Shown here: positions 1-9,187 of the stretch, piece by piece
How the letters are laid out: every line of letters begins with the position of its first letter
How positions within the stretch are numbered: the first letter of the stretch is position 1
Virus record (IMG/VR): IMGVR_UViG_3300028805_000086
Coordinates: 31,643-95,642 of that record
DNA from: a virus
Taxonomy: Duplodnaviria; Caudoviricetes
Strand: one strand, 5' to 3'
Length of the DNA: 64,000 nt
The notes under the pieces: model-generated
Seen by the model: only the letters and a program-made list of their open reading frames with translations
What the model was told of the DNA's origin: nothing
Database searches by the model: none
Program-made: the position numbers and the translations under genes

Positions 1-218
1 ATTCGGCTGGAGCACACGAGCATTCAATATCAGGATCATCTGGCGCGGCTTCTGGCAATACGGCGGACAGCACAGCGTTCAATTCTGGACAGGCGACTGG
101 AAACACTGCAGCTAACGGAAGCGGAAATGCACATAGCCACGGGTTCACAGGTACGGCAGCAACGATAGCGACGGTACCTCCGTACTTGGCAGTATATATG
201 TGGAAAAGGACAGCATAA
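1..218 (+). CDS. 3' end of tail fibre/baseplate protein (partial)
   Basis: Frame from nt 3 reads SAGAHEHSISG...AHSHGFTGTAATIATVPPYLAVYMWKRTA*. HxH repeats plus the PPYxxVYMWKR end are typical of phage tail-fibre/baseplate C-termini. Confidence 0.75.
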   Translation, partial: SAGAHEHSISGSSGAASGNTADSTAFNSGQATGNTAANGSGNAHSHGFTGTAATIATVPPYLAVYMWKRTA

Positions 219-234
219 ACAGGAAGGAGAAAAC

Positions 235-702
235 ATGAAAGCAGTTGTAAACGAGCAGACAATTAACAATGTTGCATGGAGCGCAAACGAAGGAACAGGG
301 GTGCTTCAGTTTCAAACAAGCAGGACTATAGCCGAGCTTGAGGAAATCTTCAATTCTTCCAATGCAATAAATATCAGCATATACACGGAAGAAGACCAAC
401 TTGAAGAAATGTGGTATTTGCGTACATTGCACGAAATTTCATGCAAAAAGGCGAATGACGAATGGATTGCGTCCGTTACGTTTAAGGTTTCGGCGATCGA
501 TAACAACAGCGAGGCAGAAATTCGTGGCAGCATCAGCGACAGCGATGATGCTCTGATTGAACTTGCCGGAATGATTTCTGATATTGCTGATTCTCTGGAA
601 AATACCGATTCACGCATTCAAACGCATCAAGAAATTTTGGACAGGATTTCAAACCTTTATGATGCGCTTGCCGACAGAGTAGCGATCCTTGAAAACAAAT
701 AA
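235..702 (+). CDS. Tail-fibre-associated hypothetical protein with C-terminal coiled coil
   Basis: 155-aa ORF with RBS GAAGGAG. It follows the tail fibre gene and has a DALIELA...RVAILE heptad-like end. Confidence 0.6.
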   Translation: MKAVVNEQTINNVAWSANEGTGVLQFQTSRTIAELEEIFNSSNAINISIYTEEDQLEEMWYLRTLHEISCKKANDEWIASVTFKVSAIDNNSEAEIRGSISDSDDALIELAGMISDIADSLENTDSRIQTHQEILDRISNLYDALADRVAILENK

Positions 703-716
703 AGGGGCGGAACGAA

Positions 717-818
717 ATGGTTAAAATTTACGTTAAGCAGATCAGGTCTGGAAAAATGACAATTGATCAAGTGCCGGAAAAGTGGCGTGAAGAGGTCCGA
801 AAAGCTTTGGAAGAATGA
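717..818 (+). CDS. Small CD1375/XkdX-like protein
   Basis: MVKIYVKQIRSGKMTIDQVPEKWREEVRKALEE. The TIxxVPxKWRxxV motif is typical of small genes following tail fibres. Too short for the ORF track. Confidence 0.65.
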   Translation: MVKIYVKQIRSGKMTIDQVPEKWREEVRKALEE

Positions 819-841
819 TATCTTCACATAAGGAGAATGCC

Positions 842-967
842 ATGCATAAAGCAGTTGATGATGCTCTTAAATGTACGCATCCCGGTAGACGGTGGAAGCG
901 AAAATATAAGAGAGCAAAACGGGCAATAATTATGTCACATAAGGAAAAAACAATGAACTTCGCATAA
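842..967 (+). CDS. Small basic hypothetical protein (41 aa) flanked by CTTCRCATAAGGA repeats
   Basis: RBS AAGGAG lies within the upstream repeat and the stop codon within the downstream repeat. Confidence 0.35.
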   Translation: MHKAVDDALKCTHPGRRWKRKYKRAKRAIIMSHKEKTMNFA

Positions 968-1013
968 GGAAAATATCTATAAAAAACTGAATTCGTAAAA
1001 GGATGTTTTTGAT

Positions 1014-1388
1014 ATGTGGATCTATGCTAATCCGAATCCTTTACGTAAACAAGTCCCAGATTGTGTAATTCGAGCTATATGCATAGCACTCAATAAGAGT
1101 TGGCTAGAAGTATACGACGATTTATGCAATCTGGGACGTTCTGAGTTTAATATGCCTTCAGCAGATGTTGTCTGGGGCAAATACCTTTATCAATTAGGCT
1201 TCGAGCCTTTTTTACTACCCTATAGTTGCCCAAGATGTGTGACTATTAGAGAGTTTTCTAAAATATTTCAAAATGGAACCTATATTATTGGCACAGGCAG
1301 TCATGCCGTGGCTATAATTAATGGTAATTATTACGATAGCTGGGATAGCGGAGATGAAATTCCCAGTTTCTTTTGGAAAATAACATGA
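1014..1388 (+). CDS. Conserved phage protein (NPNP...DCVIRAI, HAVA...YDSWDS); possible papain-like/C39 fold
   Basis: Cys-His-Asp pattern seen in the translation; the fold is inference. Confidence 0.55.
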   Translation: MWIYANPNPLRKQVPDCVIRAICIALNKSWLEVYDDLCNLGRSEFNMPSADVVWGKYLYQLGFEPFLLPYSCPRCVTIREFSKIFQNGTYIIGTGSHAVAIINGNYYDSWDSGDEIPSFFWKIT

Positions 1389-1408
1389 GATGAAAGGGGC
1401 TTTGTTAT

Positions 1409-1900
1409 ATGCCAAATTATTACAATCCGAATTTATTCTATCCAGCTACTTATCAGAATGCATATTCTAATCCTGTATATCCTCTTCCTCAACAACAGGT
1501 TGCTCAATCTGGCATGGCTATGACTGACGACCTTGTTATGAAGTGGGTAGATGGAGAAGTTGGTGCTAAAGCATTTCAAATGCCTCCGGGATGGCCGGCA
1601 AATAAGCCAATTCCACTTTGGGATAGCACCGATACGAATGTGTTTTTGAAAAGTTGGAGCCCTATGGGCTTTCCGAATCCTATTCAGAAACTTCATTACA
1701 CGATGCCTGAGCAGCAAGCACCTTCTGTTTTGCCTGCAGGACAAAGTGGACAGACCTCTGAAGCGTCAGCTCCTGATATGAGCCAGTATGTTACAAAAGA
1801 CGATTTGAATCAAATGAAACAAGAAATCCGTAATATGCTGAACAATCAAAATGGAAGAGGAAATCAGCGAAATGATGGAAACAGAGGTGAGAATCGATGA
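1409..1900 (+). CDS. Hypothetical protein, Pro/Gln-rich
   Basis: 163-aa ORF with RBS, translationally coupled to the next ORF (ATGA overlap). Confidence 0.6.
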   Translation: MPNYYNPNLFYPATYQNAYSNPVYPLPQQQVAQSGMAMTDDLVMKWVDGEVGAKAFQMPPGWPANKPIPLWDSTDTNVFLKSWSPMGFPNPIQKLHYTMPEQQAPSVLPAGQSGQTSEASAPDMSQYVTKDDLNQMKQEIRNMLNNQNGRGNQRNDGNRGENR

Positions 1901-2169
1901 ATCCACTTTATCAAAATTTGATGAATATGGGTATGCCGGTTCAACAACCAACATCGTTTAGTGGTATGACTTTTCAGAATCCTATGCAGAAAATGCAGTA
2001 TATCATGCAAGCAATGAATAATCCTGCTGCTTTTGTAAGACAGGCAATCCCTGATATTCCACCAGAGATTGCTAATGATCCAAATCAAATTCTGCAATAT
2101 CTGCAGAAAACTAGAGGTATCTCTAATGAGCAGATTCAACAGGCTGCTATGCAGATACCGAGGTTTTAG
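1897..2169 (+). CDS. Hypothetical protein, Gln/Met-rich (NPxQ repeats)
   Basis: 90-aa ORF with RBS GAGGTG. Confidence 0.6.
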   Translation: MNPLYQNLMNMGMPVQQPTSFSGMTFQNPMQKMQYIMQAMNNPAAFVRQAIPDIPPEIANDPNQILQYLQKTRGISNEQIQQAAMQIPRF

Positions 2170-2179
2170 GAGGTAAGTA

Positions 2180-2461
2180 ATGGATACGATTTTTGATAAA
2201 CCTTTAAATAAGGAATTGAATGATAAACCTGACTATGCTACCGAAATGCCGATGAGCGACTCAGATTCAACTTCAGTATCGCAGGCTATTGTGAACTTAC
2301 AGGAGCAGACAAGTAAGAGGATCCCATCCGAACCGCCGGATACAAATTATGGCATCGTGTCAAATATGTTTGTTAGCTATGACAGTGGTACATGGTACTT
2401 GAATTTAGTAACACCATCGTCTTCAACATGGAAAAAAGTAGCACTAACGAATGTTACTTAA
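2180..2461 (+). CDS. Short hypothetical protein, possibly tail-fibre-derived
   Basis: RBS AGGAGG; the C-terminus ends WKKVALTNVT and the stop lies inside a 20-bp direct repeat. Confidence 0.45.
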   Translation: MDTIFDKPLNKELNDKPDYATEMPMSDSDSTSVSQAIVNLQEQTSKRIPSEPPDTNYGIVSNMFVSYDSGTWYLNLVTPSSSTWKKVALTNVT

Positions 2462-2997
2462 CTTCGCAAAAGGAAAACACGGAGAGTAACATGGAATTTG
2501 AAGAAGTTAAACAAATTGCATTGAATTCCGTTGATGAATCGGCAAACATGAATGAACTGATACAAATTGTTATTAACAAGATTTATCAGCAAGGTGTTGA
2601 AGATGGGAAAATGGAACATAATGGGAACCGCGAAAAACATTATGATGTCAGACAAACCACATGATATGGCGAAGAAATATTATTATCTACGATACACGGA
2701 TATTGTTGTTGTGTATCTTACATATGAAGAAAAGGATAGTTTCATCCGTAAGAACTGGAGTGTAACACTGATTCCGTGTGAGTAACTAAAGTAAAAAGGA
2801 GCGTATTGCGTACATGAACATGGACAATTTCAAGCCATTGCAAGAATGGATGGATAGCATACCGGAGCCGAAATGGTGGCAGTTCAGAACACGATTCATC
2901 TGTTGGTTGTCTGACAGGATTGATGATCACAACACGAGAAAGCATGAACGAAAACTGATAAAAATCGTACCAAAGGATTAACTTCGCAAAAGGAAAA
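2458..2997 (+). repeat. 20-bp direct repeats TTAACTTCGCAAAAGGAAAA (2458-2477, 2978-2997) enclosing three small ORFs
   Basis: Exact repeat read in the sequence. Enclosed ORFs: 2491-2664, 2666-2785, 2814-2981. Confidence 0.85.
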
Positions 2998-3027
2998 TAT
3001 TTAAAGGCGACTAAAGGAGAAAAGAAA

Positions 3028-3249
3028 ATGAGTAGAGTTGTTGTTATTGAAAAAAATAAGGATGGAAAAATTGAACTCACAAAAGAAGAACTTCAGAAAA
3101 TGCTTGATGATGCATACACCCAAGGATACAGAGACCACCAAGTAAGATATGAAACGATTACATATCCAAGTTATCCAGTTTGGTATGCAACTACAAATAC
3201 AATAAGTAAAGACTCCGTGACGTTGAACAGTACTGACGTTAGCATTTAA
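3028..3249 (+). CDS. Hypothetical protein flanked by 13-bp direct repeats TTTAAAGGCGACT
   Basis: RBS AAAGGAG; repeats at 3000-3012 and 3245-3257. Confidence 0.6.
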   Translation: MSRVVVIEKNKDGKIELTKEELQKMLDDAYTQGYRDHQVRYETITYPSYPVWYATTNTISKDSVTLNSTDVSI

Positions 3250-3522
3250 AGGCGACTTTGCAAAAAGGAAAAACAGTAAATTTTCTACATTTTTCTAATG
3301 ATTGTTAACCAAATCCTCCCTCGCTATCCCGAAACGGATATAAGCATTTTACGCGTATGCTTGACTTGAAGGATTTGGAGCAATAAAGAAGATCGTTTCG
3401 TTATGAGGCGGTCTTCTTTCATTTTCATATTTTTATCAGCTAGTAGATAAGCTATCAGGTTGAAAGATATTTGCAAAACTGATAAAACATCAAATTTCTT
3501 TTTTCATCTAGGAGGGATCAGA

Positions 3523-4170
3523 ATGACTGGTGAAAATGGAACAATGTATATGCCTGTGGCACCTGCGTATGGTGGTAACGACATGTTCGGTGGAAATTCT
3601 GCTTGGTGGATTATTATTCTGTTGATCTTCGGCGGATGGGGCTGGGGAAACAACGGCTATGGTGGCAATGGAGGCATCGGATCCGAGGTACAACGTGGTT
3701 TTGATCAGAATGCCATTATGAATGGCCTGTCTGGAATTCAGAATGCTATTACTACCGGCAATGCTGCAATGCAGAGTTCTTTCCAGAATTGTTGTTGCCA
3801 GAATCAGCTTGGAATCGCCGATCTTAAGTACACTGTTGCCACTGAAGCTTGTGCCGATCGTAATACTGTATCTATGGCTCTTCGAGATGTTCTTGAGGCT
3901 AACAATGCGTCTACTCAGCGTATTCTGGATACCATGTGCCAGGATAAGATTGATGCAAAGAATGAACTGATTGCTAATCTGCGTCAGCAGCTGGCTGCTG
4001 CTCAGGCTGCGGCTTCTCAGAATGCTCAGACTGCTGCAATCATTGCTAATAATGAAGCTCAGACAGCGGCTCTTGAACAGTATCTTGCGCCAGTCCCGCG
4101 TCCTGCTTATATTGTGCAGAATCCTAATGGCTGCAATTGCGGTGCTAATTTCGGTTGCGGCACTATTTAA
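3523..4170 (+). CDS. Gly/Asn-rich protein with WWIIILLIF hydrophobic segment and CCC motif
   Basis: RBS AGGAGG precedes ATG 3523 (the ORF track starts at 3460). I recognise the family from clostridial phages; function unknown. Confidence 0.65.
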   Translation: MTGENGTMYMPVAPAYGGNDMFGGNSAWWIIILLIFGGWGWGNNGYGGNGGIGSEVQRGFDQNAIMNGLSGIQNAITTGNAAMQSSFQNCCCQNQLGIADLKYTVATEACADRNTVSMALRDVLEANNASTQRILDTMCQDKIDAKNELIANLRQQLAAAQAAASQNAQTAAIIANNEAQTAALEQYLAPVPRPAYIVQNPNGCNCGANFGCGTI

Positions 4171-4264
4171 TTTAATATGTCATATTGGGGCTATTGCATC
4201 GCTGTGATAGCCCCATTTTTAGTCAAATTACTAAATAGACTAATTTTGATGGAGGTAAAAAGTT

Positions 4265-4723
4265 ATGGCTGAATTTATTTATAACGAGATTCAGCAGATT
4301 CCTGCTGGTTCTTCTGCTTTGCTTAATGATGCGATTCCATGCAATCGCGGATATGTTCTTCATCGTCCTGGTTCTGGTATTCTTACTCTTAAAGGTGCGG
4401 TTAATAATCCTTGTGCTCGCTTCGCGAGATATAAAGTAGTTTATGATGGTAATATTGCAGTTCCAACAGCAGTTGCTCCTGGAGAGATTCAGGTAGCTAT
4501 TGCAATCGGAGGAGAAGTTCTGTCTTCAAGTATCGCTGCTGCAACTCCGACAGTTGCCGATGCATATTGGAATGTTTCGGGCTTTGCGATCATCGATGTA
4601 CCAGTAGGATGCTGCTATACTGTCGCTATTGAAAATGCTACCGTTTCTGAAGATCCCGCTACTACGCCGGCTATTCCGATTAATATGCGGAATCTTAATG
4701 TTGAAGTAACCAGACTGGCGTAA
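4265..4723 (+). CDS. Conserved hypothetical beta-rich protein
   Basis: RBS GGAGG; motif CNRGYVLHRPGSG. Confidence 0.6.
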   Translation: MAEFIYNEIQQIPAGSSALLNDAIPCNRGYVLHRPGSGILTLKGAVNNPCARFARYKVVYDGNIAVPTAVAPGEIQVAIAIGGEVLSSSIAAATPTVADAYWNVSGFAIIDVPVGCCYTVAIENATVSEDPATTPAIPINMRNLNVEVTRLA

Positions 4724-4737
4724 AGGAGGAAATCAAA

Positions 4738-5103
4738 ATGGAAGTAAAAAAGCATGAAATGCTAGAGCAGAAAATGTGTAAAGAACTGGATATGCTTGAA
4801 GAAAAGATGAGAACTGGCGGAGAAATGAGCATTCAGGATCTCGATAAGATTGATAAGCTTTATCATGCATTGAAGAGTATGGCTACTTATAATGCTATGA
4901 AAGAAGCTGAAGAATATGGATATTCTGAAGATGGAATGAGTGGTCGTCGTGGACGTGATGCTTCTACTGGAAGGTATATTAGTCGGGATGATGGCAGAAG
5001 TTATACCGATGGGTATTCCAGGGGATATTCTGAAGCGATGAATCAAATGAATAATAGCGGACATTACCCTCCTATGCCTGATTATACTCCTCGGCGGTGG
5101 TGA
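4738..5103 (+). CDS. Conserved hypothetical protein (RRGRD..GRYISR)
   Basis: RBS AAGGAGG; 121 aa. Confidence 0.6.
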   Translation: MEVKKHEMLEQKMCKELDMLEEKMRTGGEMSIQDLDKIDKLYHALKSMATYNAMKEAEEYGYSEDGMSGRRGRDASTGRYISRDDGRSYTDGYSRGYSEAMNQMNNSGHYPPMPDYTPRRW

Positions 5104-5107
5104 TTTT

Positions 5108-5464
5108 ATGCTGACAATTACCATGCCGAGAGGAGATATTAAAATCGTCAGATTCCAGGTTTATGATCTTCAAACCGGAGATTTAAGCCAGACTGATTTT
5201 ACCAAAATCTACATGTCGGTGAAAAGGACCATACATGAAAGAGATGTTTTGTTCCAGAAGCGATTGAGTGATGGAGGAATTGAGAAGCTCGGCACTGGTG
5301 ATTATCAGATTAAAATCGATGGACCTGATACTGAGTCGCTTAATTTCAATACATCCTATCCTTTCGATATCGAATTACTCTATGGAAATGAGATCAAGCA
5401 AACAGAATATGGCGAACTGGAACTTACGCCTGAGGTAACCTGTGTATGGAATGAGGTGAAGTAA
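5108..5464 (+). CDS. Putative tail/baseplate-associated (BppU-like) protein
   Basis: RGD...Y.I.I...DT..L....YxFDIEL pattern. Confidence 0.45.
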   Translation: MLTITMPRGDIKIVRFQVYDLQTGDLSQTDFTKIYMSVKRTIHERDVLFQKRLSDGGIEKLGTGDYQIKIDGPDTESLNFNTSYPFDIELLYGNEIKQTEYGELELTPEVTCVWNEVK

Positions 5465-5781
5465 TTGAGCACTTCGCCACTAAAAAACGCATTACAAACT
5501 CCGCAAACGTACAGAATAAACATATCCGATCAGGTATTGCATTCGATCGGTGTGGCTCCAGCGATTCCTTATGGAATGGCTAAGCTTACGATGGACACGA
5601 CCGCACATTGGGCTGCTGGATCTGTAACGCCTGGTACTGCTGGTACTCCGACAGCCGTTACTTTGCCTACAACTAAAAACACGTCTGTGCTAAGTGCAGT
5701 TTCTGCCGAATTAAGTGGTGCTCCGACATTTACTGGAACCGCCGGAACTGTTACGGTGTCCTAATATCGAATTTGCAAAAT

Positions 5782-5808
5782 GGGGCTGTGAAATTAAGTA
5801 GCAGCCCC
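5782..5808 (+). terminator. Hairpin GGGGCTGTGAAATTAAGTAGCAGCCCC, exact copy at 22889-22915
   Basis: Inverted repeat followed by a T-rich tract; identical 27-mer 17 kb away. Confidence 0.7.
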
Positions 5809-5842
5809 TATTTATATTAAAAGAAAGGAGTGCTTTCATCTT

Positions 5843-6622
5843 ATGGCTGATATTTCAAAAATTGTAACTACTTCTGGCGATTCATATGATATTAAAGATG
5901 CGATTGCCAGAACTGACTTAGAGTTGAAAGCGCCTAAAGCGAATCCGGTATTTACTGGATCGATAAGTCTTGGAAGAACCAGTGGAACCAATGTCGGTTC
6001 GAATTCAGTAGCTCTTGGTTCTGGTATAATTTCTTCCGGGTATTATACTTTTGCAGAAGGTTATGGAACAACTTCTTCGGGTATAGCGTCACATGCTGAA
6101 GGATGGTCTACAATTGCTAAAAATACAGCATCTCATGCTATGGGTATGAGTACTGTTGCTAATGGAAATTATTCATTAGTGTTTGGTAAGCAGAATGTTC
6201 CCGATAGTATTAACAATTTTCCGCTTTGGGAAGCCAATACTTATTACAAAGTCGGTGACATAGTAAGACGTTCTGATGGATATACTGCATATTGTAAAAC
6301 AGCTCATACCAGTCAGCAAACATATAATGCGGATAGTAATAAATGGGAACCATCTCTTGGACTATATAAATATGTAGAAATTGTTGGGAATTGTTTGGAT
6401 GGGGTTTCTTCGCATGTATCTAATGCTAGAGCTTTGGATTGGCATGGAAATGAGCATTTAAATGGTGATCTATATATTAAATGTAATTCTGATTCATCGA
6501 ACGGCATCAAAGTTTCTGATGGTTTGCTGAGTACGACAGATAGAACTAAATTAAATAATTTGAAAACTGTTAGCATTACTTACAATTCTTCTGATGACTG
6601 TATAGAAGTCGCGTATACATAA
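5843..6622 (+). CDS. Tail fibre/adhesin-like protein: YadA/Hep-Hag-like SHAEG repeats plus CBM5/12-like domain
   Basis: Repeats FAEG/SHAEG/SHAMG; WEANTYYKVGDIV carbohydrate-binding motif; RBS AAGGAG. Confidence 0.6.
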   Translation: MADISKIVTTSGDSYDIKDAIARTDLELKAPKANPVFTGSISLGRTSGTNVGSNSVALGSGIISSGYYTFAEGYGTTSSGIASHAEGWSTIAKNTASHAMGMSTVANGNYSLVFGKQNVPDSINNFPLWEANTYYKVGDIVRRSDGYTAYCKTAHTSQQTYNADSNKWEPSLGLYKYVEIVGNCLDGVSSHVSNARALDWHGNEHLNGDLYIKCNSDSSNGIKVSDGLLSTTDRTKLNNLKTVSITYNSSDDCIEVAYT

Positions 6623-6662
6623 TGAATAATAGGGAATATTCGAATAGAATTTCCCTTTTTAT

Positions 6663-6733
6663 GGGCGGGTCCGATATGAAATGACTAATACGGCTTAGTA
6701 AGCGATGCTGGTTGGAATCCGGCTCCGTCCACC
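6663..6733 (+). pseudogene. Degenerate tRNA-like element
   Basis: Acceptor GGGCGGG/TCCGTCC and T-arm GCTGG-TTGGAAT-CCGGC are present. D and anticodon arms are non-canonical (ACTAA-TACGGC-TTAGT). Confidence 0.4.
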
Positions 6734-6779
6734 TTCTAATAAAAATTCAAAATGGAAGTATAAAAGGAGCGACAAATAC

Positions 6780-8285
6780 ATGGAAGAACAGATTTATAGG
6801 TTTTTGTGGGAGCGTATAGGCAATCCCATAGGGGTATGCGCGTTAATGGGAAATCTTTATGTAGAAAGTCATTTGAATCCCGGATTGTTAGAAGATAGCA
6901 AAGCTAAAAAAATGGGAATTACTTCTGAAGAATATGCACGAAAGATTGATTCAGGAGAAATTGATTGTGAAAAATTCAGTCATGATGGTGCCGGATATGG
7001 TCTTGGACAATGGACATACTGGAGTCGTAAAAAGGGATTGTACGAGTATGCCAAGAAAACAGGAAGATCGATTAAAGATTTAAATATGCAGCTTGAATAT
7101 CTTTGGAATGAAATCCAGACGTATAAAACAGTTGTAAAAGCCATGCTTTCCGCTACAAATCTTAGAGAAGTTTCTGATGTTATTGCTTTGAAATATGAAA
7201 AACCGGCTCATACTGAAGAGAAATATCTTCAGAACAGGGCAAACTATGGACAAAAGTATTATGAAAAATATGGAATCAAAATGGAAGAGAAGGAGGTCAA
7301 GATGACTATGTATTCTGCTAATTATGTCGATCAACAGATCGAGGTCATTAAGAACAAAGGTATTCCACTTTCTGACAAAGCTTGGGAATTGGCTAAACTA
7401 TGTCTTGAATGGGCATATGTGTTTGGTGCATATGGTGAATATTGTGATCCATCCAACCGTAGAAGTAGGGCTCGTGATGATCATCCTACAATTAAGTCCA
7501 GGTGTAAGAATTTTAACGGACGGGATACCGTTCCTTCCGGATGTATGGGTTGTAAGTGGTTCCTTGGAAGTGCTAGTTCCGATGAATCAAAGCATGAAGG
7601 ACGTACAAGATTCTTCGATTGCCGAGGATTTGTGTATTATGTGCTACATAAAATGTTTGGGTTCTGGAGTAAATGTCCTGCAGGAGCGACTTCGATGTGG
7701 AATACTGACAGCAATTGGGAATCTAAAGGCTTGATCAAAGATGGTGTTCCTAATGATACATTGGTGTGTCTGTTCTATCAGAGTAAATCTGATCCACGAA
7801 AAATGGAGCATATCGGGTTTGGCTATAAAGGTGAAACTATTGAATGCTCAAATGGAGTCGAATACCACAGCACTTATAATAAGAAGTGGACGCATTGGGC
7901 TGTTCCGAAGTGCGTAGTTGGATCGGGTGAAACTATTCCTATGCCAGCACCTGCTGACGACATGCCAACTGGTTTCCCGACACTTAGACAGGGAGCAAAA
8001 GGCGATATCGTTAAAACTATGCAGAAAATGCTTTCCGATAGTGGTAGTACATTGACTATTGACGGAATCTTTGGAAGCGGAACAGCCAGCGCTGTAAGAG
8101 CTTTCCAGAAGAAATACGGTTTGTCTATCGATGGCATCGTTGGACCTAAGACCTGGGCAAAATTGATTGAGGTTTCAAAAACAGTAATCGACAAAGGTCT
8201 TTATACGGTGACTTTGGTTCATGTTCCTTCAAAAGAAGCCGATGAACTAGTTAAAAAGTATGGCGGTCAAGCCACTGCTGAATAA
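6780..8285 (+). CDS. Multi-domain endolysin: phage tail-lysozyme domain + NlpC/P60-like peptidase + peptidoglycan-binding domain
   Basis: GNLYVES..NP and GYGLGQWT (lysozyme); FDCRGFV...EHIG (Cys/His peptidase); DGIFG..T..AV..FQ...GL..DGIVGP.TW (PG_binding_1). RBS AAAGGAG precedes ATG 6780; adjacent to the holin. Confidence 0.85.
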   Translation: MEEQIYRFLWERIGNPIGVCALMGNLYVESHLNPGLLEDSKAKKMGITSEEYARKIDSGEIDCEKFSHDGAGYGLGQWTYWSRKKGLYEYAKKTGRSIKDLNMQLEYLWNEIQTYKTVVKAMLSATNLREVSDVIALKYEKPAHTEEKYLQNRANYGQKYYEKYGIKMEEKEVKMTMYSANYVDQQIEVIKNKGIPLSDKAWELAKLCLEWAYVFGAYGEYCDPSNRRSRARDDHPTIKSRCKNFNGRDTVPSGCMGCKWFLGSASSDESKHEGRTRFFDCRGFVYYVLHKMFGFWSKCPAGATSMWNTDSNWESKGLIKDGVPNDTLVCLFYQSKSDPRKMEHIGFGYKGETIECSNGVEYHSTYNKKWTHWAVPKCVVGSGETIPMPAPADDMPTGFPTLRQGAKGDIVKTMQKMLSDSGSTLTIDGIFGSGTASAVRAFQKKYGLSIDGIVGPKTWAKLIEVSKTVIDKGLYTVTLVHVPSKEADELVKKYGGQATAE

Positions 8286-8466
8286 ATAAGTTATCCAGTC
8301 AGCGAGCGCCCGACCGCATCCGATTAATTTAAACTTAGTTAGGGTTTATCGGGCTTTAACCTACTAATGGGAGATCAGGCGGTTTGCTCCTTTCAGCCTG
8401 GTCTCCCATTTTTACATATATGGTTCCACAAAGGAGACAGAAATAAAAAGGAAGGGGTTGTAGCTT

Positions 8467-8739
8467 ATGCAACTAAATTGGAAAGTCCGGTTCAAGAACA
8501 AAGTATGGTTGACCAGTTTCCTATCTCTCATTGTTGGATTCGTGTTTAGTATGCTGTCTCTCTTTGACGTTTTTCCAAAGGTTACAGAAAATCAGGTTCT
8601 CAATATCGTAAATCAAATTCTGACATTCCTTGGTCTCATTGGTGTGGTAGTAGACCCGACAACATCTGGTCTTAATGATAGTAATAGAGCTATGCAGTAT
8701 CAAGAGCCATGGGTTGATGAACCTCCAGAAAAGGAGTGA
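8467..8739 (+). CDS. Holin (phiLC3-like family)
   Basis: NWKVRFKNKVW...GVVVDPTTSGLNDS signature with two hydrophobic segments. Confidence 0.9.
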   Translation: MQLNWKVRFKNKVWLTSFLSLIVGFVFSMLSLFDVFPKVTENQVLNIVNQILTFLGLIGVVVDPTTSGLNDSNRAMQYQEPWVDEPPEKE

Positions 8740-8745
8740 TATTAA

Positions 8746-9099
8746 ATGGACGGCCTCGATGATAAAATACTGCTTATTATTAGTGCAGTATTTGCATCAT
8801 CCGGTCTTTGGGCATTTCTCGGAAACAGATTTAGTAATAAGAATGCTAAAAGTCGGATGATTCTCGGACTCGGCCACGATAGATTGATGTTTTTATGCTC
8901 TAAATACATTGACCGTGGTTGGATTACAGATGACGAATATGAGGATTTATACAAGTACCTATACAAACCATATAAAGACATGGGTGGTAATGGTATAGTA
9001 GAGAGGATGATGCATGATATTCAACAGCTTCCGATCCGGCATATAAGTTATCGTGGTGAAAAGAAACATTTTTGGAATAGGCGCCAACGAAAAAGATAA
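8746..9099 (+). CDS. Lysis-cassette membrane protein (holin-like)
   Basis: N-terminal TM segment plus LGHDR...LY.PY..MGGNG motif common next to holins. Confidence 0.65.
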   Translation: MDGLDDKILLIISAVFASSGLWAFLGNRFSNKNAKSRMILGLGHDRLMFLCSKYIDRGWITDDEYEDLYKYLYKPYKDMGGNGIVERMMHDIQQLPIRHISYRGEKKHFWNRRQRKR

Positions 9100-9187
9100 A
9101 CAAAGGAGTTGATTATCCATGACCTAAAAATAGGCCACTGGTAAAATCCTATTCCTGGGCTCTCTTAAATAGGGAGCCCCTTTATAA

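Noticed and set aside
5465-5764. 99-aa ORF with TTG start
   Set aside because: Weak start, and it looks like a chimeric remnant of tail-fibre-type sequence; not called as a confident CDS.
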